DNA of 64,000 nt from Escherichia coli (GCF_046105845.1 NZ_CP151004.1); one strand, 5' to 3'. Positions 15,542 through 25,994 are shown, counted from the stretch's first letter. Notes: generated from the letters alone by a model not told the origin. Translations and numbers: made by a program.

Positions 15542-15931
15542 TCAGGACTTTTCCGGCGTCAGCGCCTCATGCTCATCATCCCCGGCATTATCAATGGTCC
15601 CCATACCGCTCAGCGACAGAACCATCTCCGCCCCCGCACCCAGGGCATCATACGACCATGTTGTAATAACGGATGCGCAAAGCGTCTCTACATCCTTAGA
15701 CTGATCCGCATTCCACAGTGAGCGGGAAACCAGCCAGGCATTGATATCCATCCCCATCCGCAGAAAAGCAATCTGTCGTTCAGCCTCCGGCAGTTCTCCC
15801 TCTTCGGCATCAAACTTTGCCGTTCGCTGCTGAACAAACGCCAGATATTCAATTCTCTGCAGCCCGGACAGCTCACTGAGCACCACGGACTGCTTTTCAT
15901 AATTAAACGTGCCCTGTTTCAGAAACATCAT
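15542..15931 (-). CDS. tail assembly chaperone, lambda G-like
   Basis: MMFLKQGTFNYEKQSVVLSELSGLQRIEYLAF resembles lambda G (MFLKTESFEHNGVTVTLSELSALQRIEHLA). Confidence 0.75.
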   Translation of the reverse strand: MMFLKQGTFNYEKQSVVLSELSGLQRIEYLAFVQQRTAKFDAEEGELPEAERQIAFLRMGMDINAWLVSRSLWNADQSKDVETLCASVITTWSYDALGAGAEMVLSLSGMGTIDNAGDDEHEALTPEKS

Positions 15932-15988
15932 GTTCTCCACCTGCAAAAAAGCCCCGGATAATCGGGGCAAATGATGAGTATCGTCCTG

Positions 15989-16732
15989 TTAACCTGCGGC
16001 GCTGACAGCCACCGTAGCCACTGCCACAAAATCGCCGTCAGAAGTCATGCCCACAATGCTGACACTGCCCTGCTTCACGCCTTTCACCGTGGCCACAAGC
16101 CCGTTCAGGGTCACCGTGGCAGTCTGTGGATCTGTCGAATGCACACTGATCGCTTTGTCACTGGCTCCGTCAGGTTTTACTGTAAAGGTCAGCGTGGTGG
16201 TTGCTCCCACTTTTACACTGGCAGATGCCGGTGCCACCGTCAGCCCGGTAACGCCCACGGTTTCAGTGCCTTCTTCTGCCAGATACGGACGCCCCACACC
16301 GCTGATTTTCACTGTGCGGGTCATCACGTCTTTTGAGGCAATGGTTTTACCCAGTGAACTCAGCCAGCCACGGAAAACATCAACAGTACCGTTGGGATAT
16401 TTGATACGAAACGCGCAGACTTCACCGGAGTCGAACAACTGAACCAGTTTTTTCTGCCCGCTGTCACCCGGACGCCAGGCCAGCGTCGCCGAAGTATCAC
16501 CGACGGATTTCTGCCCCTGGGTTGTCGTTTTCCAGTCTGCATCTTCATCATCGAGATAAGTGTCATCTTCTGCATCAGCGGTCATTTCGCCAGGTTGCAG
16601 ATCCTTCACCATCGCAAGACGCAGCCAGTCAGTGTCCGACAAAGGGTTCGCAAACGCATCGCCGTTGCCGGTATACATCCAGAACGTCGTCCCCGCACCT
16701 TTCGTCTTTGCCAGTGGATTTGGTGTGGTCAT
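15989..16732 (-). CDS. major tail protein, lambda V-like with C-terminal Ig-like domain
   Basis: Start MTTPNPLAKTKGAGTTFWMY; C-terminal Big_2-like segment; position between U and G. Confidence 0.8.
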   Translation of the reverse strand: MTTPNPLAKTKGAGTTFWMYTGNGDAFANPLSDTDWLRLAMVKDLQPGEMTADAEDDTYLDDEDADWKTTTQGQKSVGDTSATLAWRPGDSGQKKLVQLFDSGEVCAFRIKYPNGTVDVFRGWLSSLGKTIASKDVMTRTVKISGVGRPYLAEEGTETVGVTGLTVAPASASVKVGATTTLTFTVKPDGASDKAISVHSTDPQTATVTLNGLVATVKGVKQGSVSIVGMTSDGDFVAVATVAVSAAG

Positions 16733-16742
16733 TACCACCTCC

Positions 16743-17156
16743 TTAATTCGTGTACGTGATCTGGTACGTGATTTCCGCCATCGCCCAGGTGGCCATCTCA
16801 TTATCACGTTGATAGTTAAAACCGAGTGGGATCAGGGTGTCGATGAGTCCGGAAAGTGCCGGTACATCATTCAGGGCAGGGAAAATGGTGCTCTCCATCC
16901 ACATATCCAGCTCTGAATCCGGTGCCTGTGCCCGGATGAAGACGGCAATATGCAGAACAGCCTGCCAGTCATCTTCATCCGTCATTTTTCCGGTGTACTG
17001 AGCATCACTCAGCCACACCGCCACGGCAGGCAGTTCCTGCGCATCAATAAATGCCGGAAGCCCGTCAAAAAACGTGGCGCTGTCTCCACACTGTTCCCGA
17101 AGGCGTGCCAGTACGGCCTGGCGGATTTGTGTATGTCGGTTCATCGGGTCAGCCAT
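16743..17156 (-). CDS. tail terminator protein, lambda U-like
   Basis: ATFFDGLPAFIDAQELPAVAVWL and DSELDMWMESTIFPAL resemble lambda U. Confidence 0.8.
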   Translation of the reverse strand: MADPMNRHTQIRQAVLARLREQCGDSATFFDGLPAFIDAQELPAVAVWLSDAQYTGKMTDEDDWQAVLHIAVFIRAQAPDSELDMWMESTIFPALNDVPALSGLIDTLIPLGFNYQRDNEMATWAMAEITYQITYTN

Positions 17157-17719
17157 AACCTCAGTTGTTGTTTCAGTGCATACCCCAGCTGTTTCGGCAT
17201 TTCCGCAGCAATGATGTGGTCACGGGCATCTTCAAATGCCTGTGTCAGCGGTCCGGACAGCGGGATTTTCACCACATCAATGGGGTAACGATTTTTGCCA
17301 TCAATACGTCGCATCACATGCCAGCGACCATTCGCCAGTTGCTGAATAAACGCATCCCGGAAAAGATATTTACCCACCTTCAGCACACTGCCACGGTACT
17401 GCAGTTTTCCACCACGCCGGGCCAGTCTGACCCGGGCTGTCCCCAGCTTAATGGCGGGCAGATTGCCTCGGTTAACGCGGATCCTGGCCGTCATTTTTCC
17501 TGACGGACTGGCTTTAAACACCCGGACACGCTGACGTACCAGTTTCAGGGGGATCCCTTTCACCTGGTTATCTCCCGCAACGGTATTCCCGGCAACCTGC
17601 CGGGTGGCAACCGAGACCGCTTTCTGTGCCACACGGTTTATCGCCCATGCGCTGGCCTGTGGCACCATACGGGTATCAAGGCTGTTCAGATTGCGGATGG
17701 CATTCTCAAGCCCCTTCAT
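17141..17719 (-). CDS. tail completion protein, lambda Z-like
   Basis: 192 aa; NGRWHVMRRIDGKNRYPIDVVKIP and LGYALKQQLRL resemble lambda Z. Confidence 0.8.
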   Translation of the reverse strand: MKGLENAIRNLNSLDTRMVPQASAWAINRVAQKAVSVATRQVAGNTVAGDNQVKGIPLKLVRQRVRVFKASPSGKMTARIRVNRGNLPAIKLGTARVRLARRGGKLQYRGSVLKVGKYLFRDAFIQQLANGRWHVMRRIDGKNRYPIDVVKIPLSGPLTQAFEDARDHIIAAEMPKQLGYALKQQLRLWLTR

Positions 17720-17730
17720 CCCACACCTCT

Positions 17731-18006
17731 TTACTCAATAAAGATCATTGGCTTACCGTTAAAGCGTTCATGCCGTGTGACCGTCCATTGTTGTCCGTCA
17801 TAAACAACGCGATCCCCGCGCCGTGGGCGGTATCCCGAAGAAAACACCACCAGAGAGACCGCAGGTCCGGACAGAGCATTCAGCTCTGCCAGTGTTTCTC
17901 CCGGGATCACAGTCATATCGACATCATTAATCGAGGCTGTCTTTCCCATCTTTCTGACCGTGATCGCATCCATACGCGCTGCCAGCCGGGAAAAGGGATC
18001 AGACAT
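17731..18006 (-). CDS. head-tail joining protein (lambda FII position)
   Basis: 91 aa, gene order between head gene and Z. Confidence 0.5.
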   Translation of the reverse strand: MSDPFSRLAARMDAITVRKMGKTASINDVDMTVIPGETLAELNALSGPAVSLVVFSSGYRPRRGDRVVYDGQQWTVTRHERFNGKPMIFIE

Positions 18007-18322
18007 TGAGTTTTACCGGCACTTCTTCTGCACTGGTTCCGGCATCTGCCCAGACAACCCCGACCAGCGGATCAGAGCCACTGTTAGTCAGCTGAACTTT
18101 TCCTGACTTCATATAAACCTTCTTACCCGTTTTCATGTCATCCGTTTTCAGCTTAGGCAGCATAAACACACCTTCGGTTATGCCGTCGCCTGTTTCTCCC
18201 TGTGGAATATCGGTCAGCGCCACCGCAAAAACATCACCCACCTGCACCAGATCTCCGCTGCTGATGGCTGCACTGGCAACAATCGCCACCGTTTTTCCTT
18301 CTTCTACAAAATTCTTTGCCAT
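17999..18322 (-). CDS. small head protein of unknown function (lambda FI position)
   Basis: ORF 17999-18367; internal ATG at 18322 preceded by GGAG. Confidence 0.4.
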   Translation of the reverse strand: MAKNFVEEGKTVAIVASAAISSGDLVQVGDVFAVALTDIPQGETGDGITEGVFMLPKLKTDDMKTGKKVYMKSGKVQLTNSGSDPLVGVVWADAGTSAEEVPVKLNV

Positions 18323-18408
18323 AACTGTCTCCGCACAGCCCCGTTCAGGGGCTGATTTCAGGTACAAAAAAAGCCCTTACGGGCCATCAGAGTTGTTGTC
18401 TGCGACGT

Positions 18409-20367
18409 TTACGCCGTACATTTCACCAGGCCGCGGTGATCAACTGGCGCAACACCAGCGTCAATACGTACTTTCGTTGTCACGCCATCCACACTGAAGC
18501 CCTCCATCTGATCAATATATGGCGTATCCACACCGTTGAGATAAGCCACTTCAATCGTATCGGAGCCTTTGGACGCAGCCAGGTAGAAGGTGGTCTGGCT
18601 GTTATCATCAAGACGAGGCTCTGCAATAACGGTCGCAAAATCTTTCACCGGGTTAATAATACCGGCGTTAATGTCAGCCCCCTTGACACTTGAGGAGCGA
18701 ATGACCTGGTTAGCAACAGACTCCATCGCCGTCGGTACCAGTACGAACGCAGGACGAATATTCAGATGACGCTCACCCTCTTTCTGAACGCGCATCAACT
18801 GGCGGGCTTTATCCAGCGATGCCACGTCCATTGCCGCGCTCTCCAGTACGTTTGCATGTTTCGCTTTATCGAACAGACTTACATTATCTGTGGAGATTTT
18901 CGGGTTAGACGTCAGAATGGCATAAACCAGATCGGCAATAGTGGATTTCGCCGCACGGCCCAGCTTCATCGGGACATCGGTCAGCATATTCAGATCATCA
19001 TTGATAATGGCCTGACGGGTGATACTGAACAGCTCGCCATAGGTCGCCAGTGCAATAGTGGCCTGTTTATCTCCGGTGGTGACGTATTTATATTCTGCCC
19101 CTTCACGCACCTGACGCAGAGCACTGAAGCCCCCCATACCCACACGATGGGCAATTTTAAAATCAGACAACTGACCTTTCCGCGTCCACTGTTCATAGGT
19201 TTCAGGGGCATCTTCCCAGCCCTGCAGAATGGCTTTGTTCGCAACATCCAGCAGAATATTACCGAAGTCAGACGTACTGTGTGTGAACGCCGCACCGACC
19301 ATCTGCATCGGGTTATAACTGGAAACACCAATACCACGTTCAGTCAGTGACATACGGGCATATTCACGCAGGGTCATCCCGTTGTAGACATTATCACGTT
19401 CGGTTTTTTCAAACCCGGCGCGCGCCATCAGCGCCTGGCGGATCCCGTCCCCCACAAAATTACCGTTACCGGCATAAATATGAGCCGGGGTATTTTTATT
19501 GGATGGCGTGGACTCGCGCCCCATCTCGTTCAACAGCTTTTCGCGGGCCTGCTCCAGCGAACATTCAGGATCGGCAAGACACTGAGCCTGCAGCGACTGA
19601 TAACGCCCACCAAACATGGCAAACAGATCATTAATACCGTTTACACGCGCTTTTTGCTCTGCCAGGACCTGCGCACGGATGCTGTTTTCATCCACCACGG
19701 GTGCTGCTGCCTGCACTGGCGTCCGGGAGGCTGCAGGTCCATCATCCTGTACGCGTGGAGCACTGTTGCGTGGCGGAGTAATCATATTTCGAATGGATTC
19801 CGGCATCTTTTTAAATTCCTCTGTACGTTTTGACTGAATACATGCCATTGCCTTAATGGCTGGTGTCACCTGATCAGCAAATCCCTGTGCCAGACATTCG
19901 GCACCGGACATCCAGGTCTCATCCGCCAGCATGGCAGCAATTTCATCGGTGGTTTTCCCGGTTTTCTGTGCATAAGCGGGTAACAGAACCGCCTCAACTT
20001 TATCGAGCAGGTCGGCATAGGTGCGCATGTCCTCCGCATCACCGCCCGTAAAGCCAAATGGTTTATGAATCATCATGAAGGAGTTTTCCGGCATAATGAC
20101 CGGGTTTCCCACCATCGCAATGACCGACGCCATTGACGCCGCCACACCGTCGACATAAACGGTAATGGACGCACCATGTGTTTTCAGTGCATTAAAAATG
20201 GCGATGCCTTCAAAGACATCGCCACCCGGTGAATTAATATGGAGATTAATGTGGGTGATATCGCCCAGTGCATTCAGATCACTGATAAACTGCTTCGCCG
20301 TAACACCCCAGAAACCAATCTCGTCATAAATATAAATATCCGCGTCACTCTGGTGACCTGCCTGCAT
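18409..20367 (-). CDS. prohead protease (ClpP-like) fused to major capsid protein
   Basis: ORF 18409-20628; N-terminal ClpP-like domain (INSPGG, GVAASMAS) then capsid domain; start assumed at ATG 20367 just after the portal stop. Confidence 0.7.
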   Translation of the reverse strand: MQAGHQSDADIYIYDEIGFWGVTAKQFISDLNALGDITHINLHINSPGGDVFEGIAIFNALKTHGASITVYVDGVAASMASVIAMVGNPVIMPENSFMMIHKPFGFTGGDAEDMRTYADLLDKVEAVLLPAYAQKTGKTTDEIAAMLADETWMSGAECLAQGFADQVTPAIKAMACIQSKRTEEFKKMPESIRNMITPPRNSAPRVQDDGPAASRTPVQAAAPVVDENSIRAQVLAEQKARVNGINDLFAMFGGRYQSLQAQCLADPECSLEQAREKLLNEMGRESTPSNKNTPAHIYAGNGNFVGDGIRQALMARAGFEKTERDNVYNGMTLREYARMSLTERGIGVSSYNPMQMVGAAFTHSTSDFGNILLDVANKAILQGWEDAPETYEQWTRKGQLSDFKIAHRVGMGGFSALRQVREGAEYKYVTTGDKQATIALATYGELFSITRQAIINDDLNMLTDVPMKLGRAAKSTIADLVYAILTSNPKISTDNVSLFDKAKHANVLESAAMDVASLDKARQLMRVQKEGERHLNIRPAFVLVPTAMESVANQVIRSSSVKGADINAGIINPVKDFATVIAEPRLDDNSQTTFYLAASKGSDTIEVAYLNGVDTPYIDQMEGFSVDGVTTKVRIDAGVAPVDHRGLVKCTA

Positions 20368-20380
20368 CCTGAACCAGGAA

Positions 20381-21889
20381 TTATTCTTCGGACTGGTCGT
20401 CGGTGTGCTGCGGCTCCTGTCGTTTCGTTGCGGCACTGCTGCCTCCTTTATCACTGGCCGGATCGGTATCAAATACCAGATCCAGCTTGCGGTTTTCATC
20501 AATTTCGGCCTTGCGCCGACGTTTGACATCATCCGGATTACGACCACCTGCACGTACCCAGTCTGATTCTGTCGCCGCTCCACCACGAATCTGAATTTTC
20601 CAGGCCTCAGCCTCCTTAACAGGGTCAATCCACGGCATCACCGGTCCGGAATACACCGCGGTATACAGTGAAGAACGATCAAGATCGCGGGGTAGCCTGA
20701 TAACACCGGATGCCACAGCCTGTTTCAGCCAGGCACGATACATCGGGCGGGTGACGGCACCAATAAACCAGTCCTGCAGGATCAGGTAGCCATCAGTGGA
20801 TTCAACCAGCTCCTGACGCTGGGCGCTGTAAGTGCCGTTATAGTTGCGCGCTGTACTGGAAAAACTCAGACGACTGCCCGCCGCCACGGCACGCAACTGA
20901 CCATTACGAAAAGTTTCAAGATTAGGATTGGGGCGATCCGACTTCACCATTCCGATTTCTTCGCCGGGTTTCAGATCGTCGTAAATAATGCCTGGCTGAA
21001 TGGTAAGCTCGCGTTCCTTATCCTTGCTGCCATTACCATCCGGTTCATAGCTCTGCCCGTCGCCTTTCCGGATGTACATCCCCAGAGCAGCGGCGATCCT
21101 TGCTGCAGTCAGCTCAGAATCTTCATACTCTTTCAGGGCACTGAGGCGGATCAGCACACCGGACAACAAAGACGTCCCGCGCATCTGGTGCAGACGGCGA
21201 ACAAATTTAAGATGCAGCATTCGCTCTGCATCCACTTCTTTGGTTTCCATCTGCCGTCCGGATACGGGACGGCTTTTATACACCAGATATTTTTCGGGAC
21301 GCCCCCAGTCATCAACAAACACGCCCTGATTCAGCCTGTTGCTCTCATCACTGGTCATGGGAATAAAGTCCGGCTCGAGCGCCTCCAGCCAGAAATGAAC
21401 ACCGGCAGAAGGCGTCAGGCTGTTTATGCGCCCGGAAACCATCTGGGCAAACACCTCACCATCGCGCAGCCAGGTACGCAACATCAGACGTTCCAGCATC
21501 GGACGGGTAAACTGCCCGGTGACTTCCGGACTGACAGACCATTCACTCCATCGGGTGCGTATCTCCGCTGCCAGATCACGGGCAATGGCCCCATTGCGTA
21601 ATACCGGATGTGGCTCGACAATAATCCCGTTTTTCCCCACCACCCGTTCTTCCAGCTTGTCAAATACACCAATGACCAGATCGTGGTTGTTATCAAGGTA
21701 ACGGGCCTGCTCACGTAACGACACGGCCCCGTACTGGCTTAACTGGTCGGCAGTTCGGTTTTCCCGCCGGGCTTTGTGTGTCCGCGTCGTTTTTACGGCC
21801 TCATAAGCCTGGATCACCGCACGGGAACGCAGCCTTGCCGCTTTCCATCCTGGTGAAAAAACGCCAATCACATCATCAAGAATTGCCAT
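20381..21889 (-). CDS. portal protein (lambda B family)
   Basis: ORF 20381-21961, ~500 aa, between W-like gene and protease-capsid gene; start MAILDDVIG overlaps the W stop. Confidence 0.8.
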   Translation of the reverse strand: MAILDDVIGVFSPGWKAARLRSRAVIQAYEAVKTTRTHKARRENRTADQLSQYGAVSLREQARYLDNNHDLVIGVFDKLEERVVGKNGIIVEPHPVLRNGAIARDLAAEIRTRWSEWSVSPEVTGQFTRPMLERLMLRTWLRDGEVFAQMVSGRINSLTPSAGVHFWLEALEPDFIPMTSDESNRLNQGVFVDDWGRPEKYLVYKSRPVSGRQMETKEVDAERMLHLKFVRRLHQMRGTSLLSGVLIRLSALKEYEDSELTAARIAAALGMYIRKGDGQSYEPDGNGSKDKERELTIQPGIIYDDLKPGEEIGMVKSDRPNPNLETFRNGQLRAVAAGSRLSFSSTARNYNGTYSAQRQELVESTDGYLILQDWFIGAVTRPMYRAWLKQAVASGVIRLPRDLDRSSLYTAVYSGPVMPWIDPVKEAEAWKIQIRGGAATESDWVRAGGRNPDDVKRRRKAEIDENRKLDLVFDTDPASDKGGSSAATKRQEPQHTDDQSEE

Positions 21890-22107
21890 CAGAACCTCGC
21901 AAGCCGGTACCCGGGATGCCCCCGTCGTCGTGTAATCAGAGCCGCAAGGCGGCGCTCCCACTCCTGCCGTCCCTGCCGGATCTCAGATAAGTTTTCCATG
22001 GTCATCTGCTGACCATTAAAGGTGACGGATTTTCCGTCCAGCACCGCCATTTCAGCTTCCGTATAACGCTGAATCATGGCTTCGATATCATTCTGGTTCA
22101 TAACCAT
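21889..22107 (-). CDS. head-tail joining protein, lambda W-like
   Basis: 72 aa ending RRRGHPGYRLARF, cf. lambda W C-terminus RRRGPAGFYV. Confidence 0.75.
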   Translation of the reverse strand: MVMNQNDIEAMIQRYTEAEMAVLDGKSVTFNGQQMTMENLSEIRQGRQEWERRLAALITRRRGHPGYRLARF

Positions 22108-24200
22108 CCTCCGGAAGTCAGCCAGGGGTTAACATCGTCAGTTACTGTTTTCTTCCGTTTTTGTTTTTTAACAGGCGTGGATACCGGTTCCGGTGTGGGT
22201 GACGGTTCGGTACTGTCCGGGACACACTCCAGCCAGGTTTCCCGGCTCGCCCACTCCGGTGCATCCGGCCAGCGGATCTTTTCGTATCCATGCAGAATGA
22301 CCAGAGCCTCGGCATACACCATCAGGTCAAAAGCTTCGTTGGCACCGCGACCCGGCTTACTCCATTTCCCGTCACTGCTCCGCTCTTCATACGTCAGTTC
22401 GTCGTAAAACCAGCTCCCCAGCCAGTCAGGGAAATGCACATAGCCGGGACCTGGCGAGTCACGCCATAACGCGTTATTCACCCGGTCTTTCAGGGCATCC
22501 GTCTGAAGAAGCCAGAGCGGTACATCACCTGCGGCCTGCGCCCGTCGGCCCGTTCGTCCGGTGTTATCAGGGAATGTACGGGTGATCAGTTTTGCGCGCC
22601 GGATGCTGTCGCCCTTAAACAGGTAAATACGTTTACCAAGGCCATCACGACGGCAACGACGCCAGAATTTATAGGCATTATCAGTGACTCCGTCTTCACC
22701 GCCGGAGTCCACCGCCATTGCCATCAGTCGCATTTGTTGAGAAGGATCGGAGGCCAGCGGCCAGCTTTTATGAAAAACATCCGTCAGCAGGACATCCCAG
22801 TCTTCCGGATAGCTGGCCGGATCAATTCGCTGGCTCTCCCCGTCGCTGTCACCGCGCAATGACTGCGTGATGTTGTAACGATCAATAATCCAGCGTTCGC
22901 CACGGCTGCCATAGCCCGTTACCTGAACCACAAAACGGCGATGACGTCCCGCCTGCACATCAACTGTCGCCACCAGGAAATTAACGCCATCCGGCACACT
23001 GCGGGAAGGAACTGGCTCTGCCCGCTGCTCAAGCAGTTCACTTTTTCGTTGCTCCATGCTGGCACGGGGAAGATAAGGTAATCCCCAGTCGGTATTGATA
23101 ACCGTCTTGAGTGTTTCTTCACTTCCGGTTGTCTCGTATTCCTGTTCTGCAGCAAGCAGTTTGTAAACGAGTTGCGAGAGTGTCTGGTAAGCAGCTGCCG
23201 GACCCTCCATCCAGAATGACGCAATACGTGAGCGTCGGGGATCACCATAACGACTGCCATCCGCATTGATGGATTCACCATCCCGCAACCAGACCCCACG
23301 TCCGTTCAGCTCACGTTTTTGTTCAGGCATAATCCGTCCTGAACAGGAAGGACACTGAATATAAGCCGCCTCACTTGCCAGCACGGGATCGGCAATATCA
23401 CGGAAACCAGCAACCACATCGCCGCAGGGCTGAAAATACTCACCACAGTGTGGACAGGGCCAGTACCAGCGACGGCGATCGCCACGGTTATAGAGCGACA
23501 GTATCCCCGTGGTTGGTGGAGCCTCATGCGGTGAAGTCCGTCGCCATTTCACATCCTTCACATCCCTGCCGGGGGAACTCTCCACCAGCGTCATACCACT
23601 GGACATAAATGTGGTGGTACGTTTTGAGGCAAGAGAGAAGGCATCCCCCTCGCCATCAATATCTTCCGGAAAACGGTCATAATCCGTCAGCGCCACGCAT
23701 TTATAATCTGATGAGGACATGATATTGACTGACGGCCAGCCGATTTTCAGGTAGTTGCCAGCAAGGAATGTTCTGTCATAAACGTTGTTGTCATTTTTGT
23801 TCGGACTCAGGCGACTGACCACTTCCGGGCTGACGCGAAACGTTCTGGCAAGTCGTTTTTTGGAGTGTTCGCGGGCTTTTTCCTCCGTCATCTGAATGAT
23901 CAGCATATCAGCAGGATCGCAAATCACGTTGTAAATCACCCAGCCGTCAATCAGGCCGATAGTCTTGCCAGTTCGTGCCGGGCCAACAAATATCACTGCG
24001 TCGTATTCACGCGAGGCCAGGCAGTTCATCGGCTCAATAACATACGGTGCCACCAGCGGATCCCACGGGACTGAGTTCCCGGCCCCCATGGGCACCCGCA
24101 TATACTGAGCAACGGCATCAGCAACCCGCATTCGTCTCGGTGCGCGAAGGATATAACCTGAATCGGTTCGTGCTGCCTTTGCGGTTTCCTGATTCAGCAT
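22098..24200 (-). CDS. terminase large subunit (lambda A family)
   Basis: 700 aa; Walker A-like VGPARTGKT near the N-terminus; gene order after the small subunit. Confidence 0.85.
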   Translation of the reverse strand: MLNQETAKAARTDSGYILRAPRRMRVADAVAQYMRVPMGAGNSVPWDPLVAPYVIEPMNCLASREYDAVIFVGPARTGKTIGLIDGWVIYNVICDPADMLIIQMTEEKAREHSKKRLARTFRVSPEVVSRLSPNKNDNNVYDRTFLAGNYLKIGWPSVNIMSSSDYKCVALTDYDRFPEDIDGEGDAFSLASKRTTTFMSSGMTLVESSPGRDVKDVKWRRTSPHEAPPTTGILSLYNRGDRRRWYWPCPHCGEYFQPCGDVVAGFRDIADPVLASEAAYIQCPSCSGRIMPEQKRELNGRGVWLRDGESINADGSRYGDPRRSRIASFWMEGPAAAYQTLSQLVYKLLAAEQEYETTGSEETLKTVINTDWGLPYLPRASMEQRKSELLEQRAEPVPSRSVPDGVNFLVATVDVQAGRHRRFVVQVTGYGSRGERWIIDRYNITQSLRGDSDGESQRIDPASYPEDWDVLLTDVFHKSWPLASDPSQQMRLMAMAVDSGGEDGVTDNAYKFWRRCRRDGLGKRIYLFKGDSIRRAKLITRTFPDNTGRTGRRAQAAGDVPLWLLQTDALKDRVNNALWRDSPGPGYVHFPDWLGSWFYDELTYEERSSDGKWSKPGRGANEAFDLMVYAEALVILHGYEKIRWPDAPEWASRETWLECVPDSTEPSPTPEPVSTPVKKQKRKKTVTDDVNPWLTSGGWL

Positions 24201-24691
24201 TACTCCTCCTGCTGTAATTCCTCCTCATCATCCGCACCTGCTTCGGTCACCCGCAGGGCTATCTGATCGCGCAGATCATCAATAATGGACTGAACACGGC
24301 TCACAGCGGCAGGCTGCAGGCCGCAGTCACGTTCCAGAATATCCGGTAATGTCTCCAGCACCTGCACGACCGCTTTTGCCCAGATGGCAAACTCCCGTCT
24401 GACATCACTGGCCGGAATGAGTTGTGCCGTTTCCTGTTCGAACTTAAGACGCTCACGTTCAGACTGATACCAGGCTTTGCGTTCATGTGGATCCATTTCG
24501 CCCTCAGCAACCGGCGGTGGTAACCCCATAAATTCAGTCAGAATATCGGTCAACCGGTATAGCTTGAGTTTGTCATGTCCACCAGCGGGACGAATGTTTT
24601 TCAGTCTTGCCACGACAGTCTGGCGGTGCAGACCAGATAAAGCCGCCAGTTGATTAATATTCAGCACCAGGTTTTTCAACTCATGATCCAT
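24200..24691 (-). CDS. terminase small subunit (lambda Nu1-like)
   Basis: 163 aa; N-terminal wHTH-like MDHELKNLVLNINQLAALSGLHRQTV; immediately upstream of the large subunit. Confidence 0.7.
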   Translation of the reverse strand: MDHELKNLVLNINQLAALSGLHRQTVVARLKNIRPAGGHDKLKLYRLTDILTEFMGLPPPVAEGEMDPHERKAWYQSERERLKFEQETAQLIPASDVRREFAIWAKAVVQVLETLPDILERDCGLQPAAVSRVQSIIDDLRDQIALRVTEAGADDEEELQQEE

Positions 24692-24699
24692 ATTTCCTC

Positions 24700-24950
24700 C
24701 GGAGAGCTTTAAACATGCATCGTGCGAACAACTTTAAGAAAACGCGTTCGATGTCGAACAAAAAACACTCAATTCGACATACAAAAAACAAACAACCATT
24801 AATAATCAATAAGATGCAAAGATGATGGTGGCCGATAAGAATGCAAAAACTAGCCTTTTTCCGCGACGCTCCCGCCCCGTGGCAGGGCCCCCCCCCAGGG
24901 AGGACCCGACAGCCTGACAACCGTGACGAGCATCTGAAACAGAGCTTTAC
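24700..24950. other. putative lambdoid cos/terminase-binding region
   Basis: Position directly upstream of Nu1-like gene; repeated tcgaac/ttcgacat units followed by A tracts and a G/C-rich block (gggcccccccccaggg). Confidence 0.3.
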
Positions 24951-25244
24951 ATAATGGCGTGGGGATAATTCAGAAGGACATCACAGCATGCCCACACAAA
25001 TTAGTGTGAGTGTCCTGTTTCTTACTACGCGCAGGACTGACGAGCATGAGGGGAAAATACGCGAACCGAAATGCCTTATCTTCAGAAATGCAGCCGGCAT
25101 CCGAACTGGACGATATTGTAAATTCACCTAAATACGAGGCATTGCTGTAGTTGAATTGCAGTACTGTATTAGCCTGACAGTGACAGAATACGATATTGAC
25201 TCTGTCACTTGTGAAATGGTCAGAATGGTTAGCAGTTATGGTGA

Positions 25245-25451
25245 TCAGTCAACCACCAGGGAATAATCCTTCGTATTCTTATCGTGCTTTACTAACGCGG
25301 CCTCAATTGCCCTGAATGCTTCCAGAGATACTTGATGTTCTATACATGCAATTACAACATCCGGGTAACCCATCGAAATGGTGCTATTAAGCATAGTTTT
25401 TACACGAACCTGCTCCTGGGAGGGGGCATCAGTGTATTGATCTTTATGCAT
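25245..25451 (-). CDS. hypothetical small protein at the lambdoid/186-like junction
   Basis: 68-aa ORF with ATG start; no recognisable motif. Confidence 0.3.
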   Translation of the reverse strand: MHKDQYTDAPSQEQVRVKTMLNSTISMGYPDVVIACIEHQVSLEAFRAIEAALVKHDKNTKDYSLVVD

Positions 25452-25775
25452 TTTGTCGCTCCATGCGTTTGCTCTTCACTTGCGGCTAAAAATATAACGT
25501 CAAATCACTCAGCATGAAAGAGTGAAAGTTTCAGCGCGTTTCCCTTACATAATCTGTCGTTTGTATTCTCTTCAGGCATACCGGAAAGACTAGGTATTGT
25601 CACACAACCAATACCATCGACAATCGAGATTTATATCTATTCGGTAATGTTTAAATATAACAAAACCCCGTAAAAACGAGGTTTATGGGTATTTTGTTGT
25701 CTGAAATTTATGCCGTTTAAAATCATGACGTTAGAAGCACTGTTTTTTAACGATGGCGACAAAATGGCGGCAGCG

Positions 25776-25994
25776 TCAAAGAGAGAGCGCCACCTGTCCT
25801 GATTTCATTGGATGCGGCTGAACCGGATTTGACTCTTTTGGCGTTGCAATCGAACGAACAAAAGTTTCATGGGTTACAAAAGTATGGCTGCAGTTAATAT
25901 TCTGGCACTGGTTGTAACGCTCTTTGGTCAATGAAGATACCTGAAAACTGCTGCGAGTATGGGCGGCACTTCCACACAGTGGGCAAATCATCAT
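25776..25994 (-). CDS. ogr: Ogr/B-family zinc-finger late-gene activator
   Basis: MICPLCGSAAHTRSS...ERYNQCQNINCSHTF, Cys4 pattern as in P2 Ogr. Confidence 0.85.
   Translation of the reverse strand: MMICPLCGSAAHTRSSFQVSSLTKERYNQCQNINCSHTFVTHETFVRSIATPKESNPVQPHPMKSGQVALSL

Noticed and set aside
25452-25775. Search for the 186-like attachment core as a direct repeat with 60307-60440
   Set aside because: Only 7-8 nt chance-level matches found by eye; boundary left undefined pending alignment
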